DNA from: Octopus sinensis
Taxonomy: Eukaryota
Assembly: GCF_006345805.1 (NCBI RefSeq)
Contig: NW_021832940.1
Coordinates: 1 to 29,440, forward strand
DNA length: 29,440 nucleotides
Direction: 5' to 3'
This document shows positions 23,195 to 29,440 of this stretch, piece by piece (the stretch's first letter is position 1; every line of letters starts with the position of its first letter). The position numbers and the translations under genes are program-made. Below the pieces are notes generated by a model. That model saw only the letters and a program-made list of their open reading frames with translations, was not told where the DNA came from and did not search any database.

Positions 23195-23242
23195 ATATCT
23201 TTCTATCTATATATCTATCTATCTACCTACCTATCTATCTAT
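23131..23242. repeat. (ATCT)n tetranucleotide array directly after the Tx1 polyadenylation signal
   Basis: Directly visible. Confidence 0.95.
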
Positions 23243-23372
23243 ATTATATTTATATATATATATATATATTATATATATATCTATTAATATATATGTATGT
23301 ATATATATATAATATATAATATATATATATAATATATATACATGTATATACATGTATATATATGTATGTATG

Positions 23373-23408
<36 letters not shown>
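23243..23408. repeat. compound TA-rich microsatellite
   Basis: Directly visible. Confidence 0.93.
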
Positions 23409-23412
<4 letters not shown>

Positions 23413-23519
23413 TCGGGGTGAGTACTTGATAATTATAAGCACCTGTGTATACCGTTTAGTGGTGTAGGTGGTGGAGTAAATTGATCAAAATAAAATAAAA
23501 ACATGATGCGAAGGATTCA

Positions 23520-23596
23520 GCGGTACATATGTTTCGGGCCTTTATTAGACAGATTTATAACAATGCATATGTATGTCTGTGGCTTTCTTCAGCCGC
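23520..23596 (-). ncRNA. candidate type I hammerhead ribozyme with an extended stem II
   Basis: Minus strand GCGG-CUGAAGA-AAGCC ACAGA...UCUGU...GGCCC-GAAA-CAUAUG-UA-CCGC: 4-bp GC stem I, intact core, palindromic stem III ACAUAUGU. The base of stem II has A.C mismatches. Confidence 0.55.
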
Positions 23597-25319
23597 GCAC
23601 AACAGCTTCCACAAGGACATGTGTTACATCAAAAATTCTTGGTTGGGGATGCAAATCCTCTCATTCACGTACGACATAATGCGGCAGCAGCATAGAATTG
23701 AAGCGTCCATCTCTTTCTTCTCTCTCAATGTAGAATGAGGAATTGGATGTTGAGGTAATGTAAATAAATAAATACATATATAGAGGTGAAGATGGAGGGG
23801 CGAGAGTTCGGGACGAGGGATAAAAAATGTATAAAAAGTGTAGTATAGAATAATATAAAAATGTAGAGGATAAAGATATAAAGAGTTGTAAGGAGATGTA
23901 AAGGGTATAAAGAAATATAAAGAAATATAAATAAATGTAAAGGCATAAGGTTATAAAGTAAAAATAGAAATAGAAATAAAAGTAAAAAAACCTGATAAAA
24001 ACTGATAAAAGTGTAAAGAATGTAAAGATAAGGGATGTGTAGAGGTTACGGACCAAGCATGGTGGTCAGGAGATTGATAAATTTAGTTGTAGAATTGTCA
24101 GTAATCAACAGTTTCGTCTGGGGACCTAATGCGTTGTAAATCAGAGCTGATGAGCATTTAATCTGGTTCCTTGAATTAAATGGACTTCTAGTACATACAT
24201 ATCATCATGGATACATACACCCACATACACGCGTACATATACGCCTCCAAGCGTATAAGCATACACACTCACTCGCGTGTAAACACGTACATAAACCCAC
24301 ACGCACCCACACGCACGCGCGTACACACACATACATACAACAACAGAATATCCGCATGTATACACGGACATTATACGCGTACACACTCACATGTATATAC
24401 GCGCGCCCATCACTACATACACACACGTATATGCCCACGCCTCTAGGTCTAGGTATAAGATATTAAAGGATGTGTATAAGAACGTATGTAAAGAATCCCG
24501 TACTCATGTCTATACGTGCACGCACACACGGCTGTGTGTCCGTATGTGCGTGCACATATACACTCATATACACACACAGAGACACACGCGCACATGGGTA
24601 TAGCTATAAGATATCGAAGTATGCATGTACATATATGCGTGCGCACGTGTATGTATGCGTATACACACGTACGCGGACGCTCGTATAGTCAAAAAGTGGA
24701 TCTATAGGTAAGTAAATAAACATATATGGAGGTGTAAAGCGATAAGTTATGGGTAAGAATGAGGGTAAGGGTAAAGATTAGAAATAAAAAATACAGTATA
24801 AAATAAGAAATACAATGTAATAGTTAGAAATGAAATATAAGAATTATAAAAATTATAAGAGTTAAGGTAAGGGATGAAAATAAAAATGAGAATAAATGGA
24901 AGTAGAATAAAAGTAAAAATAAAATTAAAAATAAAAATAAATGGAAGTAGGATAAAAGTAAAATAAAATAAAAATAAAAGTACAAATAAAAATAAAAAAA
25001 AATAAAAATAAAATAAGATAAAAATATAATTTGGTAAAGTTTAACATGAGATGAAGGTGGTTGAAAGTTAGAGTGTGTGTTAAACGTAGGGGCGGGCGGG
25101 GGGAACTGAAAATTGGAAGGGTGGGAAGTGGAGTTTGGCGGTGTGCGTTCAACATCCGAGTTAGAAATGTGAAAGGGTATAGATATAGGGAATTAAGAGA
25201 CTACATAGGGAGGATATGGGTGTAGGAGAAGAAATATTTAGGGAAAAGAAGTCATATATGGGAGACAAAATTTGTATATATAGGAGGAAAATGCAGGGAA
25301 CCGTATATGCACATACACA

Positions 25320-25357
<38 letters not shown>

Positions 25358-25521
25358 TGTACATATATATATATATGTACACATACGTACACGTATGTGC
25401 ACATACATATGTACACACACACACATACACATATACACGCACATATAGGAAAGCGGGATGTGCTGGAGCCGACAGGTTGCACCGGGTGGGAGGAAATTGC
25501 ATGGGGGAGTTGGTATAGGAC

Positions 25522-27541
25522 CTAAGCATTGTAGTATTTGAAAGTATTAATAAGTTATGTATACAGGATGGTTTGAACTCTGCCTTTTGTTAATAAGATG
25601 TGTGTTTATCTTTGAATTTCAAGATGTTCAGGAGTTCTACACAACATAGTTGGCATCCTGCTCTATTATTTAAATAAGGTGCAGCTGATCCGATGATGGA
25701 CCATCTGAGTTTGAAGCCTATGCATTTGTCTTTTTTTAATTCCCAATTCTTTTAGAGAGGGAGGTGCTGTTAGCCTTATGTCTGTGTCTCAGCGAGGACC
25801 GGTGGTTGTAGTATCTGATTTCCAGGAGGTTGAGCAACCAATATAGGTGAGTGTGTTAAACTGAGTACTCACCTCACATGAGTATATTACGTTTTTCGCC
25901 CTACATGCGCCCTGCAGCGGGCACTCTGATGCACATCTGCAGTTGCATTGCATTGCATTATTCGGTCGTGTGCTGCTAATCCCAGCGGAGGTGTTGCAAT
26001 ACGAGTCGGGGCGTTGGTATCCTCCTGGTTGTTGATGGGTGTAGTATTTCCTCTGTTGTGTTGGCGGGTGTTATTACTAACTGTTTGGGTAGTATGGCTG
26101 CCAGTCTGGTTATATTGTCTACTGTCTAGATGAGGGGGGTTCTGTTGGTCGTTATGGTTTGCTCTTGATCTAGCTGTTCTAATATTAATATAGTTATGTT
26201 TAGCTATGAGGCAGCTCATGTTGGGCAGGGTAGAGTAGGAAATCCTAATAGTTTTGTTGGAGAAGATACTTCTATACTTGTGGGTGGGTGGGAAGTTGTT
26301 GGAAATATAGAGAATATTCTCTTACATAACTTACCCCTAACTGCTAAGTTGAAAGGTATGTTGAACCATATATATTTGCGTAATCTGCTATATCCCTTCC
26401 ATTTCTCCTAATAGGATCTATATTGCTCTCGTCGGGAGGGTTACTATTGTGTGCTATTCTATTAGTTCGCCTATTTCCTATACGTTGTTTGGAGTTTAAA
26501 TTAGAATTATCGCTAGTGTGAGTTGAGTGCTGAGTTCGATTATAAATGGGAGTCTTATGGCCGACGACGCTCCCGGGTGGTCTACATATGATATTCTCTG
26601 GTTATACCCGGCACTATAGAGAGCCTGGTTGTAGTGTTGTGCATGATTATTGAAAATTTCTCTATTAGAGGATAGTTTTGTCAGTCTGTCTGAGATGGCT
26701 TGGACCGTGGTGCTAATTATACATGGTGGATGGTTGGAAGAGGTGTGGATGTATTTGGTAGTTTCTTCGGGTTTCCTATACGGGTGGTGAGGTGCTTATT
26801 CAAATCTAACGTAACATTAAGAAGTTTACTATTTAGTATTGGTCATAAATTCTAGTTTAAGATTGAAGGATTTGAAGAAAAGCCTGATCTTTTTCCTAAT
26901 TCTTTCCAGTTTACTCCTATTGTTGGTGGGGTATATGAAGAGAGCGTCGTCTCTGTATAGACCCCCTGAAGATCCGGTACCTCGGAGAAAAGCTCTTGAG
27001 CAGGTAGGCCCCGACCAAGTCAGTCACTGAGCGAATCGCTCGAGCCCATAGCCACATCGAAATTGTCGGGGGTATCGGATCTGGTCCAGAGTCTACCGTC
27101 GAATTCTATTATGGTTTTTTCTAGCTAATAGAATTATGTCAATTTTTTCTCTGTCTATGAGTGAAAGGTTGCGGGGCAAAAATAAGGGATTTGTTAAGTA
27201 AGATGGGGGTATACTGGCGTAGTAGCTAGCTATGTCGAATTGGATGAATGAGTAGTCGGGCCTATTGGTGATAGTGTAAACCATTCTAGCACATCGTTGG
27301 TGTTAATCCATAGTTGGAGTGGGATGTGGGGTTTGATGTGTGGGATCACCTTGTCCAGGATAGTCTTGCTAAGTCTCGCCGATATCCGATTTAGTCGGAC
27401 AGATTAATCGTACTCCTACATATCTGGGAAGTCTTTCTGATGGTCTTTAATAGTAATTTTGGTACTTGTGGTTTAATAGGTTCTGTTCTGTCCAGGAGGT
27501 CTAATTTGCCATAACTTCCTTGATTTTGTAGTTAATTTCCT
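25522..27541 (-). pseudogene. PLE ORF: reverse transcriptase and GIY-YIG endonuclease, frameshifted
   Basis: RLICPTKSDIG, FIQFDIASYYASI, FDVAMGSSDS..VTDLVGAYLL, YRDD (26946-26957), YRKP..KYIHTSSNHPP, CNCRCASECPLQGAC (25903-25947), VIY (25882-25890)...YIG (25837-25845), CQLCCVE. Confidence 0.9.
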
Positions 27542-29111
27542 TAGGGCGAAAACGTAATACTCATGTGAGGTGAGTACCAGTTAACACACTCACCTATATT
27601 GGTTGCTCACCTCTGGAATCCAGATATCTACAACCACCGGTCCTCGCTGAGACACAGACATAAGGCTAACAGCACCCTCCCTCTCTAAAAGAATTTGGGA
27701 TTAAAAGACAAATGCATAGGCTTCAACTCAGATGGTCCATCATCGGATCAGCTGCACCTTATTTAATAATAGAGCAGGATGCCAACTATGTTGTGTAGAA
27801 CTCCTGAACTCTGAAATTCAAAGATAAACACAATCTTATACAAAAGGTCAGAGTTCAAACCATCCTGTATACATAAACTTATTAATACTTTCAAATACTA
27901 CAATGCTTAGGTCCTATACCAACTCCCCCATGCAATTTCCTCCCACCCGGTGCAACCTTCGCTCCAGCACATCCCGCTTTCCTATAGTTGCGTGTATTTT
28001 GTATGTGTGTGTGTTACATATGTATGTGCACATACGTGTACGTATGTGTACATATATATATAATATGTACATGTGTGCGTGTGTGTGTGTGTTTGTGTGT
28101 GGTGGGTGTGTGTAGTGCATATACGGTTCCCTGCATTTTCCTCCTATATATACAAATTTTGTCTCCCATATATGACTTCTTTTCCCTAATATTCTTCTCC
28201 TACACCCTATCCTCCCTATGTAGTCTCTTTAATTCCCTATATCTATACCCTTTCACATTTCTAACTCGGATGTTGAACGCACACCGCCAAACTCCAAACT
28301 CCTCATCCCACCCTCCAATTTTCAGTTCCCCCGCCCGCCCCTACGTTTAACACACACCTCTAACTTTCAACCACCTTCATCTCATGTTAAACTTTACCAA
28401 ATTATATTTTTATCTTATTTTATTTTATTTTTATTTTTTATTTTATTTACTTTTATTTTTTATTTATTTTTACTTTATCCTACTTCCATTTATTTTTATT
28501 TAATTTATTTTTACTTTTATTCTACTTCCATTTATTCTCATTTTTATTTTCATCCCTTACCTTAACTCTTATAATTTTTATAATTCTATATTTCATTTCT
28601 AACTATTACATTGTATTTCTTATTTTATACTGTATTTTTATTTCTAATCTTTACCCTTACCCTCATTCTTACCCATAACTTATCGCTTTACACCTCCATA
28701 TATGTTTATTTACTTACCTATGATCCACTTTTTGACTATACGAGCGTCCGCGTACGTGTGTATACGCATACATACACGTGCGCACGCATATATGTACATG
28801 CATACTTCGATATCTTATAGCTATACCCATGTGCGCGTGTGGTCTCGTGTGTGTATATAGTGTATATGTGCATCCATACGGACACACAGCCGTGTGTGCG
28901 TGCACGTATAGACATGAGTACGGGATTCTTTACATACGTTCTTATACACATCCTTTAATATCTTATACCTAGACCTAGAGGCGTGGGCATATACTGTGTA
29001 TGTAGTGATGGGCGGCGCGTATATACATGTGAGTGTGTACGCGTATATGTCCGTGTATACATGAGGATATTCTGTTGTTTTATGTATGTGTGTGTACGCG
29101 CGTGCGTGTGG
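27542..29111 (+). mobile_element. inverted copy of the PLE 3' part (GIY-YIG plus 3' region); reverse complement of 24307-25903
   Basis: Continuous reverse-complement match from TAGGGCGAAAACGTAAT to GTACGCGCGTGCGTGTGG. Differences are mostly 1-2 nt indels. Confidence 0.93.
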
Positions 29112-29203
29112 ATCTATAGATGAAATAAAAAAAAATAACACATATAATCATATACAAAACAATTCTAAATTGCTTATAATCATGTTCATCATTTCCTTGA
29201 ATG

Positions 29204-29440
29204 TCATTTCAACAGCTGAATGAACTGGAGTAACTTGAAATAAAGTGTCTTGCTCAATAACTTCAACAAACAGCCCGTTCCATGAATCAATCTTACTATC
29301 TCGTGATTGTGAGCCTGACGATCTCACCACTGAACCATGTACTTTCACACTGCGGAAGCAGAGAGGAAGAGAAAACGAGAGTAGGAACTACAAGAGAGAG
29401 ATGATAGTAACGAAGTGATTCGGTGGCCCCATGGGGTAAA
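29204..29440 (+). repeat. third copy of the duplicated CORE-SINE head plus flank (matches about 11697-11935 and 14154-14390)
   Basis: The match extends past the SINE head into CACACTGCGGAAGCAG...GATGATAGTAA...CGGTGGCCCCATGGGGTAAA and runs off the window. Confidence 0.8.

Larger units (their letters stand above)
23410..27541 (-). mobile_element. Penelope-like element (RT plus C-terminal GIY-YIG), 5'-truncated, with about 2.1 kb of 3' region
   Basis: See the pseudogene entry. The 3' limit at the (TA)n tract is inferred from the candidate hammerhead at 23520-23596. Confidence 0.85.

Noticed and set aside
24085-24195. CTGATGAG (24147) followed by a CATTTAAT/ATTAAATG stem, with GACGAAAC on the opposite strand
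   Set aside because: The two hammerhead core halves lie on different strands. Neither strand gives CUGANGA, GAAA and stem I together.
24307-29111. Simple fold-back read artefact as the cause of the inversion
   Set aside because: The arms are separated by 1.64 kb of non-duplicated RT sequence and the geometry matches PLE biology, though read-level confirmation is still needed.
54-29348. Numerous short ORFs rich in YI, HT, CV or YLSI repeats
   Set aside because: They are translations of microsatellites or antisense/alternate frames of retroelements, with no host-gene motifs.

Overview
Eukaryotic, AT-rich DNA made up almost entirely of repeats. The SINE families look like octopus/cephalopod ones (inference). 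I found no host protein-coding gene, rRNA, functional tRNA or CRISPR array. Main contents: (1) two decayed copies of one RTE-clade LINE, head-to-head (1161-5325 minus, 15126-18930 plus), whose ORF ends in three C2H2 fingers; (2) a young-looking, CpG-rich, 5'-truncated Tx1-clade LINE (about 18935-23130) abutting the second RTE and ending in (ATCT)n; (3) a Penelope-like element (RT plus C-terminal GIY-YIG with a CxCx5Cx5C motif, about 23410-27541 minus) with an inverted copy of its 3' part (27542-29111) and a candidate hammerhead ribozyme near its 3' end; (4) a non-coding tandem of about 1.8 monomers (479-nt period, 8994-9867) carrying two identical minimal type I hammerhead ribozymes, i.e. a retrozyme or pseudo-LTR-like unit; (5) an adjacent, unidentified, highly structured GC-rich tandem (356-nt period); (6) CR1 remnants, many SINEs, microsatellites and a degenerate local segmental duplication. 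Many differences between repeat copies are single-base indels, so some frameshifts may be assembly errors. All coordinates and folds were read by eye and boundaries are approximate.
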